Part shown: positions 12,266-27,739 of the stretch, piece after piece | Numbering within the stretch: the first letter of the stretch is position 1 | Layout of the letters: each line of letters starts with the position of its first letter | Source: Octopus sinensis | Taxonomy: Eukaryota | Length of the DNA: 64,000 nucleotides | Assembly: GCF_006345805.1 (NCBI RefSeq) | Contig: NC_043021.1 | Span: forward strand, 22,320,001 to 22,384,000 | Reading direction: 5' to 3' | The notes under the pieces: model-generated | Told to the model about the DNA's origin: nothing | Seen by the model: the letters and a program-made list of their open reading frames with translations, nothing else | The model's database searches: none | Made by a program: the position numbers and the translations under genes

Positions 12266-12564
12266 AAATAAATAGAATATTAAAAAATAGAGGAAAAAGA
12301 AGAATAAACGAAAAGGAAAAGAAATGTAGAGAGGTGGGTAAACTAACAGGGTACGGATTAAGAGAAAGCCGTTTAAGAAAAAAACAGAAAGTTCAAAAAA
12401 GTTTAAAATGTTTCAAACGTGGTGGTGTATTGAAGCCATTTTTCATCAACGGAAGATTCCAGTGAAATCCGTATGTATATCCAGTAGTAATCCAGTGGAA
12501 TGCTGGTGTGTAAATGAGATGAGGTGCAGAATGTTTAGGTAGACGTAAATCTCAAGTACTATAC

Positions 12565-12627
<63 letters not shown>

Positions 12628-13203
12628 ATGTATGTATACATATGTATATATATGTATATGTATGTATATATATGTATGTATACATACATACTTATATATG
12701 TATGTATATGTGTAAGTATGTTTGTACGTGTAATATAATTACCATACGAAGCACTGAAGATTTGGTGACTAAAACCTATTGAAGCCAGTGCCCCAGCATG
12801 GCCGATTTCCAATGATTGAGAGAATTACTAGATTGAACACTACAAAAAAATAATAATAAAAAGACGTCATAATGGACGTAGTGTTTCCACTTACAATGTC
12901 TCATTTAAAAAGTTAGACGTCTCTTTCACAAATGATCGAAATATAATCACACATTCTGGAGTCTGTACACGAATTACCGATTCTGTTTTACAAGAGAAAT
13001 TTTGTCTTGTGTAAGTAGTTATTATGTAATTAGCCGACAGACATCTTCGGTACCGGAATATTTCATTGTAAAAGATTTACTTCGGCAAGCAATTTTATTT
13101 CATGAAATTGCATGCTCAATGACGTAAAGAATCTAGATTGGCATAAAACATTGAAAGGGAAGAAATTCTTTGGGGTTTTCAATTCATTTTCCCATTCATT
13201 TTA

Positions 13204-13268
<65 letters not shown>

Positions 13269-14857
13269 CTGAATGCTACATTGATAAACTGCACAGATAT
13301 CACTTTAATTTTATCAATCTACTTCGGAATCCTCTAGGAAAACGATTTTGTGTTAGCAGCAATAAAATCTGTTTTGTATTAACTTATATTTTATTTCATC
13401 TTTCTGCGAATTTTTTTTTTGTTTTTTGATTTTTCTATCTTTCTGTTTTATCGATTTTGTTTTCCACTTCCAACTCGTCTTCAGTCGTGGAGTAAAGACG
13501 AGAAAATGGGTCTCTTTGCAAATTACAAATCATTTAAAATGCTATCAACGTGATGTTTTTTTCTATCATTTTTATTTTTTTGTTTTGCTTTATTGTTTTT
13601 TGCATTTAAAAAATTGTTTTCGTTTCATTCTCTTCTTCTCTTGCATGCCAACAAATATATGAAAAGAAAAAAAAAAGGGAATGCTGCCGAATGATAATTT
13701 TAAAAGCATTTACTGCATAACCAATGTCGAATTGTTAATAAAATTCTCCCAAATACATGGAATCTTTCAAACTGCCGTGTGTCAGGATCACAAAATTAAA
13801 TAACGAGAAATAACAGACAAAAGTCGTATTACACGATAAAAAGAGTGGACATCTAAGAAATGTATCTGTGTATGATACCAGCCAAAGACATAGCATTAAG
13901 GGGATCAATCCATTCACGAGAAATTGTAACGAAATCAGTCATTTAAATAACACTGCGCCTTCTAAAAACGGGAAGGAAATGTTTTATAAAATGCTGACCA
14001 GATAAACAAAAGGATACGATAATCATAATTGGAACGCCTTTTATTCATATATCAATTCAAGCAGAACTGGGTTTTTTTGCTAAACAGTAATAATTTCTAA
14101 AGATATAGTCAACGAAATTACTTGACTACATAGAAATATTTCTATTACAAGTCGGTTCAATGAGGTCTTTTAAATTTAAACGGTAGCAACAGTAACAGTT
14201 GAAGACATTTAGCAACCCTTTCATTTTAACAATGTATGAGAAGCGATGTATTTAGAAAGTCGTGTCAGGCTTAGCTTCATTTCAAGGAACATAATTATAT
14301 TCTTTCGAGAGCAGACACCCAGTTTTAAGATAACGATATGGGTTGTTGTTGTCTCGCCAACTAGAAGAACGGACATTGAATTAAAGCAGCTGAATTACCC
14401 CATTATACCATTAAAAATAAGAGTGAAATAAGAATAATTGACAAGTTATTATTATTATCAAAACAAAACCTCCTAATCGAAGTAAAAAATCTAACAGATC
14501 ATATGTTCATAAATAAATTGACAAATTACTCCAATAAAAAATATACGAAAGTTTGAAAAGCTAAGACATAAAAACAAAACATAGGTTTAGGTATTAAAAG
14601 AGTCAATCATTAAAATAATGTTGCTCTGCGACAGACATAAAAGCAAAATAAAAATATATACAAATTTATAACCAACAAAAAGGAATTACAATTCTGGTCA
14701 ATATATAGAAAATAGATTATTACGCTATGCATGGCATAAAAAATTACATAGAAAATAAAAGGTAAGACAACAAAGCAAAAACTAAACAATGTACATATCC
14801 ATAGCACGGAGACCTGAGCTTCTTAGCCTTGTAGAAACATCAAAATTAAGCTGTTAC

Positions 14858-14890
<33 letters not shown>

Positions 14891-14993
14891 TTAATAATAA
14901 TAATTATTATAATAATAATAATAATAATAAGGATAATAATAATAATAACAATAATAATAATCATAATAATAATAACAATGATAATAATAATAA

Positions 14994-15176
14994 TCTCAAA
15001 TTTTAAAACAAACATTATTTTCTTATGGTTTCTTAAACATTCTCTAGGTACAAAACCAAATATATTGCACCCTAGGCATAACAACAACATGAACTTCTAA
15101 CTTGTTGACTCTTGAGGTCTCTGGGTTGAGACTTAGAGCCAACTTATACGAATGCAAAGCAAAACAAACCTAAAGT
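14994..15176 (+). mobile_element. 5'-truncated non-LTR retrotransposon 3' end embedded in (TAA)n (probably R4/Dong-type)
   Basis: aggcataacaacaacatgaactt...tcttgaggtctctggg...gagccaactt...aaagcaaaa is shared with 61393-61540, and both end directly in (AAT)n. The clade is inferred from the target; no coding sequence is visible. Confidence 0.6.
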
Positions 15177-15194
15177 AACAATAATAATAATAAC

Positions 15195-15253
<59 letters not shown>

Positions 15254-16081
15254 GGAAGGAAGAAGAAGAAGAGAAGAAGAAGAAAAAGAAAGAAAAGAAT
15301 AAGAAGAAGAACAATAAATAAGAATAAGGAAGAAGAAGAAGAAGAAGAAGAAGAAGAAGAAGAAGAAGAAGAAGAAGAAGAAGAATTGCAATCGCCTATG
15401 ATTTAGACAGGAAGCCTGAGGAGATTTAAGGGGAGAGATTTGTGGATAATAGCACACCCAGATCTAGACTGATACTTTATGCTACTTACTCTGAAATAAT
15501 GAACGGTAAATTTCTCTTCGATGGGATTAGAAATCAAAATGAATATGACGAAAGAGATACCGCATTATTCTTTTATATAATTCGAATACCGGAACGGTTC
15601 TGCCATTCCCCCGACATTACATTACCGATTAATTGTGTTTGTCGCATGAGACAAGTCTTTGCAGACAGTACAAAGGGGAAATAGAAAAGAAATCAACGAA
15701 TATGAAAACAGTGGGTGATTTAGATGATATAACATCTTGAAATGAACAATAGGAAGAAAGATACGTAAATAATAAAACACCAACAAACAGACACATCACT
15801 ACACATTAATAGAATACCAAAAAAAAAAAGAAGATAAAGTAAGATTGCTGAACAGCGGGAGAGAAATCACATAAGCAGCTCAGGATGGGCAACATACTTA
15901 CTCGAGTTGCCCCTACACACCAAATGCAAGTGTCTTCTCCTTTTCTTGCCGCCAACCTACAACCGCACAATGAGAATATGCGTGTGTATTCACGCCGATA
16001 TTTTGCCACTCTCTCTTGTGAACGTATGATTCTTAGTGAGATTTTAGATCTAGATATAAACCTTCCACCATCCCCAACTTA

Positions 16082-16112
<31 letters not shown>

Positions 16113-16639
16113 TAAAGATGGTTTTATTCAATTTTAGTTGTTCTGACAGTTAAGGCCAAAAGTTGGTTCCGCGTCAGTGAGTATTAGAAGTGAGTGTAGG
16201 CCGACTGATATGGCTAGCAGTATTTACGCTCGATAGACTGAAAACAAATAATGGAACGGCGTGTGTGAAAACGTGTGCGAATACACATTTGTATGTGTAT
16301 GTGCTTCTGTAGGAGTGAGAGTATGTGTGTATAGAGAGCGCCACTGAGATGAACGAACGTATATCAAGACAGTGCGGTTTTCAAATACAGAGATGGAAGC
16401 GCGAACGCACACACACGCGAGCGTACGCAAAATATTTTTTGAAATAGGGGACAAAAGGCACATACAAATATATACACACATATATTCACACATGCACATA
16501 CAAACGTTTCTATGCGTAATTAATTACATTCATATCAAGACACACACATATAGAGACAGTATATATTAGAAATGAATAAGAATACATGAAAAACATATTA
16601 CAGTATGTATTTATATTAAATGTGTATGTATATGTATAT

Positions 16640-16695
<56 letters not shown>

Positions 16696-18404
16696 TAGAA
16701 AAATTGAGGTAATCAGATCAGATGGTTCATATTTGTAGATATTTATTTATATATTACATTTTTACATATATATCATATCATTCGGATTAGCGCTTGCTCC
16801 CATTCTAGGGGTTTTCAAATCAAATCAGTTCTGGGTAGTTTGAACCTTTTATAGTTCGTAGTAGTGGGTGAGGAGGAAGTGAGACAGAGAGAAAATATGT
16901 GTGTATGTGTGTGTGTTGTGTTGTGTGTGCGTGTGTGTGTGTGTGTGCGCATTTATATCTGAGAGTGAAGAAGTGTATTCCGTTGGTCTGCTGGACCCCC
17001 TGTGGTTTTATAAGAACTTTGGCCGTCCATTTCAATGTCACTGAGTGTGTGTTGTGCATAGGTTGGCATGGCAAATGTCATTTGGGGTCACACTTTCTAT
17101 GATCATTCTGTGGAGGTGTGTGTGGTGTGTGTGTCTCTGTGTGTCTGTGTGTTGTTTGTTGTTGTGTGTGTGTGTGTGTATGTGTGTGTGTGTGTGTGTG
17201 TGTCTGTGTGTCTGTGTGTTTGGAGAAGGGGAGAGAGAGAGAGAGACAAAAAGAGAAAAGGGAAAATAAAAATAAAAATAATAATAATAATAAAAACAAA
17301 AAATTAAAAAAAAAAAAAAAAAATAAAAAAAAATAAAACCAAAAATAAAAATAAAATAAAAAATATAAAGAATAAAATAAAATATAAAGAATAAAAAATA
17401 AAAAATAAAAATAAAAATAAAAATAAAAATAAGGGAGAAGTGGAGAAGAAAAAAATATTTTTGTGTGTGATATTTATACCAACACATATATATACACACA
17501 CACAGACTTATACATAAATATTTTGAAAAACCTTTTTATCGGTTCAAAATGAACAACCAAATTATACCATCTTGAAAGTTGTATGTCATAGAAAAGTTAA
17601 AACTAAAGTGACAATTAAAGGTAAAGATGGAAGTGAATTATAAAGATAATAATATAATATGATGTATATAACAGGCAATACACACATCTACACACACACA
17701 GATTTTTCCTTCAATGTATGTTGAGTTAAAGTTTCAGCCATTTAATTTGGGGGAGAACTTAGCTATGAAATGTTTTTCCATATTCCTCCTCCTGGGGGGG
17801 GTGTCATTCTTCGGACACTTGTAGAAGGAAATATCTTAAATTTTCCTTCTCCACATGTAGCTAGGTGTGTGCTTAGTGGTATTTTGCGTAGTTCTTCCTG
17901 CCGAATATGTTGTCGGGATCCTGGCTCGCTGGCACAAAGAATTACCAGTTTCTCCTACGTAATTCTCATATATATATATATATATATGGATACATGCATA
18001 TGTTATATATATATATATATATATATATACATACATATGTACGTACTAGTACGTACTATTATGCATATATATATATATAAATGCACAACACAAATATATA
18101 TATATATATATATATAGATAGATAGATATATATATGCACACAAACATGTATGTGTGCATGTTGGTGTGTGTGTGTGTGTGTGCATATATGTCAGGTGACA
18201 CGCTTACCGTATCAGAAAGATGGGCAATCACAGGTGTACGTGCATTTAACACTTTCACAAAACCACCCTTACCCCCCACACACACACAGAGACACACTCA
18301 CATACACTAACACTCACTCCTGTTTTCATACACAAGAAAACACGTCCACAAATTTCATACACTCTGACATATTAGCATCGAAATAAAACGCACACAGAGA
18401 CAAG

Positions 18405-18445
<41 letters not shown>

Positions 18446-19234
18446 AACAAGCAAGTATACGCACCGTTCACTCCTACACACACGCCTTTGTAGTTTTTAA
18501 GAATCATTTATAAAAGGGAAACAGGAGCTTCCTGTCACGTTCAAGACGCAAATTCCTAAATAGAATTCCTACGTTGCATAAAAGACTAATATCAAATAAC
18601 AGTGAAACAGTGAAATTCTACGATTATTAAATGGATAGAAAGCATAGCAAGACAAGATATTACACTGTAAGATAAATTGCATATAAGCTGCCAACGCAGT
18701 AATTGTAAGAATTGGCAGATAAGCACAAATAAATATCAGGGAGTAAAACAGCGAAAAACATTTCGACGAGAATGAGGCAGTAAATATGAACGATATACGA
18801 ATGTACAAATGAATGGCGAACGCTTCCGTCGTTTAGTTGTTGTTTCTCCAATGAAAGCAAGCAAGCATGTGTGTATACATGGAATTAGATGTGTCAGTTG
18901 GATAGTTACGTATGTTAGCGATACATTATGGATACGTATGTGCGTACGTGCGTGCGCGCGTGTGTGTGTATGTGCACGTATGAATGCATGTATATATGTA
19001 AACATGTGCGTGATTGTTCATTCACACATGTGCGTGTAAGTATATATTGGAGTGTATATATGTATATAATTGCGTATATGCATGTATAAGTATAAATGTA
19101 TATATATATATATGCACATGCATATATATGTACTTGTATATGCATACATACATATACTTATATATTCATATACATATATATATATATAAACATGCTTATA
19201 TATATATATATAACTGTATATATATATTATATAT

Positions 19235-19267
<33 letters not shown>

Positions 19268-19327
19268 AACATGCTTATATATATATATATAACTGTTATA
19301 TAATATATATATATATATATAAACATG

Positions 19328-19381
<54 letters not shown>

Positions 19382-19870
19382 CTGTATATGTATATGTGTA
19401 TATATATATATAAATATACATATATTTTTATGAAATTATCCGATTCTTCCCTACACGAAGCTTTCCTGTGATTTATATTATCCCTATCTCACAATGTCAT
19501 TCACACACCAAACACACACACACACTCATATTCAGACACAAACACAGACACAACATACACAGTCGCGCACAAACGCACATCCATACATACACACACACAT
19601 ACACACACACATAAATATATATATATTTATATATTTATATATATATATATCAAAACAGAATATCGGAATCATTTTCCGCATCATTTATTGACCGTTACAC
19701 GTGTTTAATTTGGTAATAGGACTTTAAAAATGGTCACAAATATAACACCTACATACAGATTGGGAATACTGGATATATAAAGATATGCTTCAACGAACGC
19801 TGCCTGGACTTTAACCCTATCTATATTGTGTATATTTATATAGATATGTATAAACGTATATATGTGTTTG

Positions 19871-19910
<40 letters not shown>

Positions 19911-19963
19911 ATATCACACACATACACACACACACATGTATATATATAAAATATATATATATA

Positions 19964-20007
<44 letters not shown>

Positions 20008-20540
20008 ATATTATATATATATACATAGATACTTACATATACGCTCACATGTATATATTATATACATTGCCGTACTTGAAGGTGCCAATTTTTTGTGGTT
20101 AGCGGCGAGGAAGCTTCTAAATAACATGTTATTTGAACGTTTTCTGTTTGATTTTTACCTCGTATTTATTACATATTTTCAGTATACGAAAGTAATGCAT
20201 GGTTAGCTATGCGTCGATGCAAAGCCCGGGGTTAGAAATAATCTCAATTGAACAGGTTTTGCATATCATGATTGCGTACAGTATTCGATTATCAATTGTT
20301 CACGTGGCATATAGGAGAGATTCGATATGGCAGACAGCCTGGGGATGACGGCTTAAGTTATTAACCGGTGAGAGTTATGTTGCTTTAAGTATACTCGGTA
20401 TATATGTCATATTTCGAGTCGATGCCTAAGATCAAAACTGCATTATGCGAGAGATTGGAAGATTCGAGAGAAGAGAAGGTATGGACTTGATTAGAGGAGA
20501 GACTTTAAAAACCAGTCAGTAAGATGGAGAATTTGGGGAT

Positions 20541-20758
20541 TACTCTCTTTTACTTGTTTCAGTCATTTTACTGCGGCCATGCTGGAGCACCACCTTTAAT
20601 CGAGTAAATCGACCCCGAGACTTATTCTTTTGTAAGCCCAGTACTTATTCTATCGGTCTGTTTTGCCGAACCGCTAAGTGACGGGGACGTAAACACACCA
20701 GCATCGGTTGTCAAGCAATGCTAGGGGGACAAACACAGACACACAACACATATTATAT

Positions 20759-20803
<45 letters not shown>

Positions 20804-20971
20804 ATACGACAGTTTCTTTCAGTTTCCGTCTCCCAAATCCACTCACAAGGCATTGGTCTGCCCGGGGCCATAGCAGAAGACACTTGCCCAAGATGCCACG
20901 CAGTGGGACTGAACCCGGAACCATGTGGTTGGTTAGCAAGCTACTTACCACACAGCCACTCCTGCGCCTAT
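20541..20971 (-). mobile_element. SINE family A, full length
   Basis: Reverse complement of ataggcgcaggagtggctgtgtgg (A box)...gggttcagtccc (B box)...internal (TA)n...tail gtaaaagagta. Confidence 0.92.
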
Positions 20972-21387
20972 AGATCCGATTGCTTCGGATCTGATAGACA
21001 TATCTGATGCGTTGGCAAGGAATTCTAAAGCGGAGTAATAAGAGTAAATGTATAAAATGCAAATAGTATACCGAGATCTTGGAAGTGTAGGGCTAACAAT
21101 GTGACGAGGTACGTCGTGACTCAGATGGGCAAAAACTGAGCTCATTAAAATATTTGTCTTCCACGTGACCCTTTAAAACATTTAGCGCAACTGAAAATGA
21201 TTTCAGTGCTCGTCTTATCACCTATTTATTCTATCAATTAATTACGAATGAATAAATAGGTGACGAATAGCATCGAAGCGTCTTTTCAGTTTACACCTTG
21301 TCGTGTTCAAAATTTTAAAAAATACAGCAAAAAAAACAAGACAAAGACAAAAGGGACACCACAGGGTATAATGTATTTTGAAAACTA

Positions 21388-21561
21388 ATAGGCGCAGGAG
21401 TGGCTGTGTGGTAAGTAGCTTGCTAACCAACCACATGGTTCCGGGTTCAGTCCCACTGCGTGGCATCTTGGGCAAGTGTCTTCTGCTATAGCCCCGGGCC
21501 GACCAATGCCTTGTGAGTGGATTTGGTAGACGGAAACTGAAAGAAGCCTGTCGTATATATG

Positions 21562-21598
<37 letters not shown>

Positions 21599-21815
21599 TT
21601 GTGTGTCTGTGTTTGTCCCCCTAGCATTGCCTGACAACCGATGCTGGTGTGTTTACCTCCCCGTCACTTAGCGGTTCGGCAAAACAGACCGATAGAATAA
21701 GTACTGGGCTTACAAAGAATAAGTCCCGGGGTCGATTTGCTCGACTAAAGGCGGTGCTCCAGCATGGCCGCAGTCAAATGACTGAAACAAGTAAAAGAGT
21801 AAAGAGTAAAGAGTA
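21388..21815 (+). mobile_element. SINE family A, full length
   Basis: Same head, body and (taaagag)n tail as 20541, 25894 and 56515. Confidence 0.92.
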
Positions 21816-22020
21816 TACCAGCTGGTCATATCTTGAACGTCATTCCTGGCAGATCGGATCGATCGGAGATTAACGAAGGGGTTAAACATCAGCTATAACC
21901 CGCAAGTTGTTTTGGCCAACTTTCAAATCAATCTTTTTTTTATTGTGTTCGTGTTTCACTTGTTCTTTAATAAACTCCTTTATTTACTTATCATATTGTT
22001 TACTACGGCTCCGTTCGTAC

Positions 22021-22595
<575 letters not shown>

Positions 22596-23149
22596 TATAG
22601 AATAATATAATTAATATTTTATTTTCATTTCCCCTCAACTCTATATTATTTTTGTTTAAGTTTCTATTTGAAGAGTTATTTATAGATTGATTTATTTCAT
22701 TTAATTAGTCTTCTCGGCAATCCATACCCTCATCTCATATATCGTCCTTTCATTCCATCATTGATGTTGATGCTGCGGCTGCAGCAGCTACTAAGACTGT
22801 TCCGGCTGCTGCCGCTACTGTAGCGTTTTATTGTTTTTTTTTTCTAAATTGGTAGTGGTGGGAATTTCGGTAGTGGTATTTTAATTCTTTAACCCAATAC
22901 CTGCCAAAAGTATACAGACCTTTGGAAAAATCAGCGCACCAGACGTGACCGCTGCAAATATTTCCTATACGTGTGGAATCCAGTCACACTTTAATCGTGT
23001 AACTTTCTTAATCCATTGCCGTACGAAGTGAGGGAGATTTGGCAGCTATTTCATGGTGGTAAAAACCGAAATAAGGTTCCTTTATTAACTTGTTCTTGTT
23101 GTTCAAGCTCTTTTTATTATTAGTGATATTGGTGATAATAGTGGATGTG

Positions 23150-23379
23150 GTTGTGGTGATGGTGGTAATAGTAGTAGTAGTAGTAGTAGTAGTAGTTGTT
23201 GTTGTTGTTGTTGTTGTTGTTGTAGTAGTAGTAGTAGTAGTAGTAGTAGCAGTAGCAGTAGTAGTAGTAGTAGTAGCAGAAGCAGCAGCAGTAGTAGTAG
23301 TAGTAGTAGTAGTAGCAGCAGCAATAGTAGTAGTAGTGGTAGTAGTAGTAGTAGGAGTAATAGTAGTAGTAGTAGTAGC

Positions 23380-23455
<76 letters not shown>

Positions 23456-23456
23456 T
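23150..23456. repeat. (TAG)n/(TTG)n/(CAG)n array
   Basis: Direct inspection. Confidence 0.95.
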
Positions 23457-23499
23457 AATCGTGGTTTCAAGTTTTTGTCACTGCGCCAGTCAGTTTTTG

Positions 23500-23700
23500 A
23501 GCTGAGGGTTAAGTCGATTACATAAATCTTAGAAATTCACTGACTTCATTCACTGGTACTTCTTCTATTGGACCCCGAAAGCATAAGCGGCATAGTCAAC
23601 CTAAGAGGGAATTTGAACTCTGAACGTAAAAAAAGCCGGAACAAATGCCGCTCATCGTTTTGTCCGTTGCTGCAACGATTTCGCACCAACTCACCGCCTC
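23500..23700 (-). mobile_element. Degenerate SINE family C-like copy
   Basis: ttaagtcgattacat...gaccccgaaa...atttgaactctgaacgtaa...caactcaccgcct. Confidence 0.55.
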
Positions 23701-23803
23701 AGGAATGGCATTATCAAGTTATGTTTGTACTAATTGTAGTAGTTGTATGATTACTTGTAATTACATTAGTTATTGATGCAGCTATAGTACTACGAACAGG
23801 CTA

Positions 23804-24188
23804 TGGAGGCACAATGGCCCAGTGGTTAGGACAGCGGTCCCCCGGTCATAGGATCGCGGTTTCGATTCTCAGACCGGGCGTTGTAAGTGTTTATTCAGCG
23901 AAAGCACTTAAATCTCCACGAGGCTCCGGCAGGGTTTGGTGACGAATCCTTTTGTACTCTTTCATTACAACTTTCTCTCGCTCTTTCTTCCTGTTTCTGT
24001 TATACCTATATTTCAAAGGGGCCAGCCTTGTCACACTCTGAGTCACGATGAATATCCCCCCGAGAACTACGTTATAAGGGTACACGTATCTGAGGAGTAC
24101 TCAGCCGCTGGCACGCTAATTTCACGAGCAGGCTTTGCCGTTGATCGGATCAACTGGAACCCTCGTCATCGTAATCGAAGGAGTGCCG
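23804..24188 (+). mobile_element. SINE family B
   Basis: ggaggcacaatggcccagtggttagg (A box)...ggtttcgattctc (B box)...ggaaccctcgtcatcgtaatcgaaggagtgc. Homologous to 32158 and 59833. Confidence 0.88.
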
Positions 24189-24277
24189 TAAGAGCAGGCT
24201 ATTTTAGTGTCAGCAGCAGTAGTTATAGTTGTAGTAGTAGTAGTGGTAGTAGCAGTAGCAGTAGCAGTAGCAGCAGC

Positions 24278-24310
<33 letters not shown>

Positions 24311-25893
24311 TATGTTAGTGTCTAATGGTAATGGTAAACAAGGCGAGAGTGGTCGAAATATTAGTGTTGACGGAATGGTAGTGTTGGCAGTATTACAAGG
24401 TCTTGTTGCTGCTAGTGTTGTAGTAGGTCCATTTTTTTCGTTTAATTTCACCATTCCACATTCTCAAACCCTCCTCCTTCCACCCGTTTCCCTCCCTCCC
24501 ACTCCATTTCATTCTCCCGTTCTTCATCTCGTATTCGATTTCATCGTTATTAATATTTCTTTCATATCATTATTACCAAAAGTTGTCTTATTAATACTAT
24601 TCTTATTATTTATATGAAAAATATATTTGCTTCTTTCTTTGTTTAATCATGTTATTCTATTTCCCTTCTATTTATTTATTTATTTATTTATCTATTTATT
24701 CCTTTCTATATTTTTCATGATTATTTGATTCCAGTGTTTGTTATGGTAACTCTTCAATGAATATATTATCTTTATCACAATTAAATAATAGGGCGGTGGT
24801 GGTAGTTATGGTTGTGGTGTTCATGACGATTTGAGTAATAGCGGGGGAGATGATGTTGGTGATGATGATGACGATTAAAATGGCGCTGATAATCACGATG
24901 ATGGTAATAATCCTTTCTATTATAAATGCAAAAGCTTAAATTTTATTGGATGGTGTCAATCGATTAGATCGACCCTAGTATTCAGTTGGTAATTATGTTA
25001 TTGGCATTGCAACGATGGAAGGCAATGTCGATTCCGGCGGAATTTGAAATTGCACTTATTTTGTCCGTCGAGTTAACGATTCTACCGAGTGGCTTCATAG
25101 ATGATAATAGTAATTATAACACTGTAAAACAAAATTAATATTCATTTATTTATTTATTTATTTATTTATTTTGTCTTTGGTCAGTAAGTATTTTTTTTTT
25201 CTATTCGCTGCTATTTAGAAATCAAAAGAAATGACTAATGTTCTCTTCGAATTACGCTTTTCTGACCTAGACATCAATGTTTCGAAACTTTGCATGGTTC
25301 CATTACATTTCGGACAGTTTCGGCTTTGAGTTGCTGAAGCAGAAATATCATTATAGCAAATATCCTGCTCAGTACTACAAATTTGTTTGCCAATTGTTTA
25401 ACCTTAACAACTTGAGCATGTCCCTTAATGGCTGAATACTATATGCATCTTTGAAGATGAGCAGGAGTAATGAGGGTGCATCAAAGCCATGTGTTTTGAC
25501 AGAAAGTGAAGAGCCTGAAGGAATGATGCTAAACATTTTGTGTGGCGCGATACAGTTTCTTCTAAAGATCATAATGCTTTCAAATATTTGTACAGTTCTA
25601 GTAATTTTGCAAAAAGGGGCAGAGTCGTTGCAATTAAAACGAGTACCGCTTTGCTGCATTTTTATGTGGATCCTGGATAGCCGAAAGTCTAGGTTGATCG
25701 CAAAGGGATTTGAACTCCGAGCGAGAAGTTGCAGGAAAAATACCACAAATCATTTGTCGACTTAGTAACGTCTTCTGAATTAAGCACAGTGCAAGCAATT
25801 TCGTGAGAAGAGGCTTAATGGATACCAGATATGGACAACCATTTTCGGGAAACTGGTTTTACTACAAAAAAAAGAAGAAAACAAATCAAGGTA

Positions 25894-26306
25894 AGGAGTG
25901 GCTGTGTGGTAAGTAGCTTGCTAACCAACCACATGGTTTCGGGTTCAGTCCCACTGCGTGGCATTTTGGGCAAGTGTCTTCTGCTATAGCCCCGGGCCGA
26001 CCAATGCCTTGTGAGTGGATTTGGTAGACGGAAACTGAAAGAAGCCTGTCGTATATATGTATATATGTATAGGTGTTGTGTGTATGTTTGTGTGTCTGTG
26101 TTTGTCCCCCTAGCATTGCTTGACAACCGATGCTGGTGTGTTTACGTCCCCGTCACTTAGCGGTTCGGCAAAAGAGACCGATAGAATAAGTACTGGGCTT
26201 ACAAAGAATAAGTCCCGGGGTCGATTAGCTCGACTAAAGGCGGTGCTCAAGCATGGCCGCAGTCAAATGACTGAAACAAGTAAAAGAGTAAAAAGAGTAA
26301 AGAGTA
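25894..26306 (+). mobile_element. SINE family A (first few nt missing)
   Basis: aggagtggctgtgtggtaagtagcttgc...gactgaaacaagtaaaagagtaaaaagagtaaagagta. Confidence 0.92.
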
Positions 26307-26751
26307 ATTTTTTTGTTTGGTGTCCCATTCAAAATGTATGAGTGGATATATATATTGTCCATGATTGAACTATAATATCGAGCATAGTTGAAATCTCAAT
26401 TGTTGTTTTATCAATACCCCAGGGATGTAAGGCAACGTTGATCTCGCCGTCATTTGATACAGAGAGCAATACTGCGTTACATTTTCTCTACGACAGAAAG
26501 TATGAGGAAGGAAAACGGCCGAGAGGAGTAAAAATGGATGGATTAGGAGAAACAGGAAAGGAAACGAACGGATAAAATAATTGTATCCAATTCAAATGCA
26601 TGGAAAATTTTAGGAGGGCCACATGTACTTTAACAGTGCACTAATTTGAATATTTCTATACTTAATCATATCCATGTGTATGTATGTGTATGTATGTGTT
26701 TGCACATATACTAGCATTTACAAATCTATGTGCATACATAGATGCATGTTG

Positions 26752-26806
<55 letters not shown>

Positions 26807-27739
26807 ATACGTGTATATACAAACATATACACACATATATATGTATCTGTATATATGTATATACGTATGTATGTGTATATACACATATATACATATATAT
26901 GTATATATATATATATATATATGCATATGCATGCATGTTTAAGTTTGTATGTATGCATACATGTATGTATTTTCATACATACACTAATACACAATATCCA
27001 CAGATATACGAGATAGACAAATAACCAAAATTACTTAGTCCAACAGGCTGTTATCTCTTCCTAGATATCACTATAAAAGATCATATACGCACATATATGT
27101 AATTTTGCGGGGTTTTTTTTTCTTTTCGTTTTGAAATGCAGGCAATTTTCCATAATTCTTATGGTTTTTTCGTCCATGTTTCCTTACGCACGTTGATATA
27201 TAAATATCTTTGTTCCAACGTGTGTATATGTTTACGTGTATGTGTACGCATACGTGTTCTTCAATGGGTTTTGTGTGATAGAATTTACACATATACATGT
27301 GTGTGCAATTGTATTGGTCCGTGAACGTGTATGCACACCTGTGTACACCTGTGTACACCTGTGTAAACCTGTGTCCGTCTGCAACATATTAGTTTCAGTG
27401 ATTATATCACAATTCCCTTGGCTTGTATCTGAATTATATTTTGCTCCCTATACAATATCTCACGTTAGAAACATCTAGTAACATATTTTTTTTTTTTTTT
27501 AGTTTTATTTCGTTTTTCGTTTTCTCTCTTTATAAAATCCCCATTTTAAATGCACGAAGCTGATTCAGACAGCCATCCTGTCTCTCTCTGGCAAATTCCT
27601 TATTTTACCAAAAGAAAAAAAAATAAGAATAGATAAATAAATGAATAAATGATTTCTTACTCTTGAGATGATATGTTTATGCAGAGTATTTGGCAAAAGT
27701 GAACAATGCCACAAAATAAAAGTTGAAAGGAACAGAGAG

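Noticed and set aside
12395-12455. Minus-strand ttgatga...gaaac pattern resembling a hammerhead
   Set aside because: The core is incomplete and I could not form stems I-III.
15885-16020. Strong minus-strand donor (cga|gtaagt) after a CpG-richer stretch; similar splice-like signals at 60660-60900 and 63250-63350
   Set aside because: No recognisable protein and no consistent exon chain; needs RNA-seq.
18509-18545. TATAAAAG followed ~27 nt later by an Inr-like tcacgtt
   Set aside because: Such motifs are frequent by chance in AT-rich DNA, and no downstream exon or ORF supports a promoter.
21388-21470. tRNA-like A/B boxes in SINE heads considered as tRNA genes
   Set aside because: They continue into SINE bodies shared among dispersed copies, and I could not fold a complete cloverleaf.
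25375-25765. Overlapping 123-aa and 104-aa non-repetitive ORFs on opposite strands
   Set aside because: No recognisable domain or splice context; lengths are within chance range.
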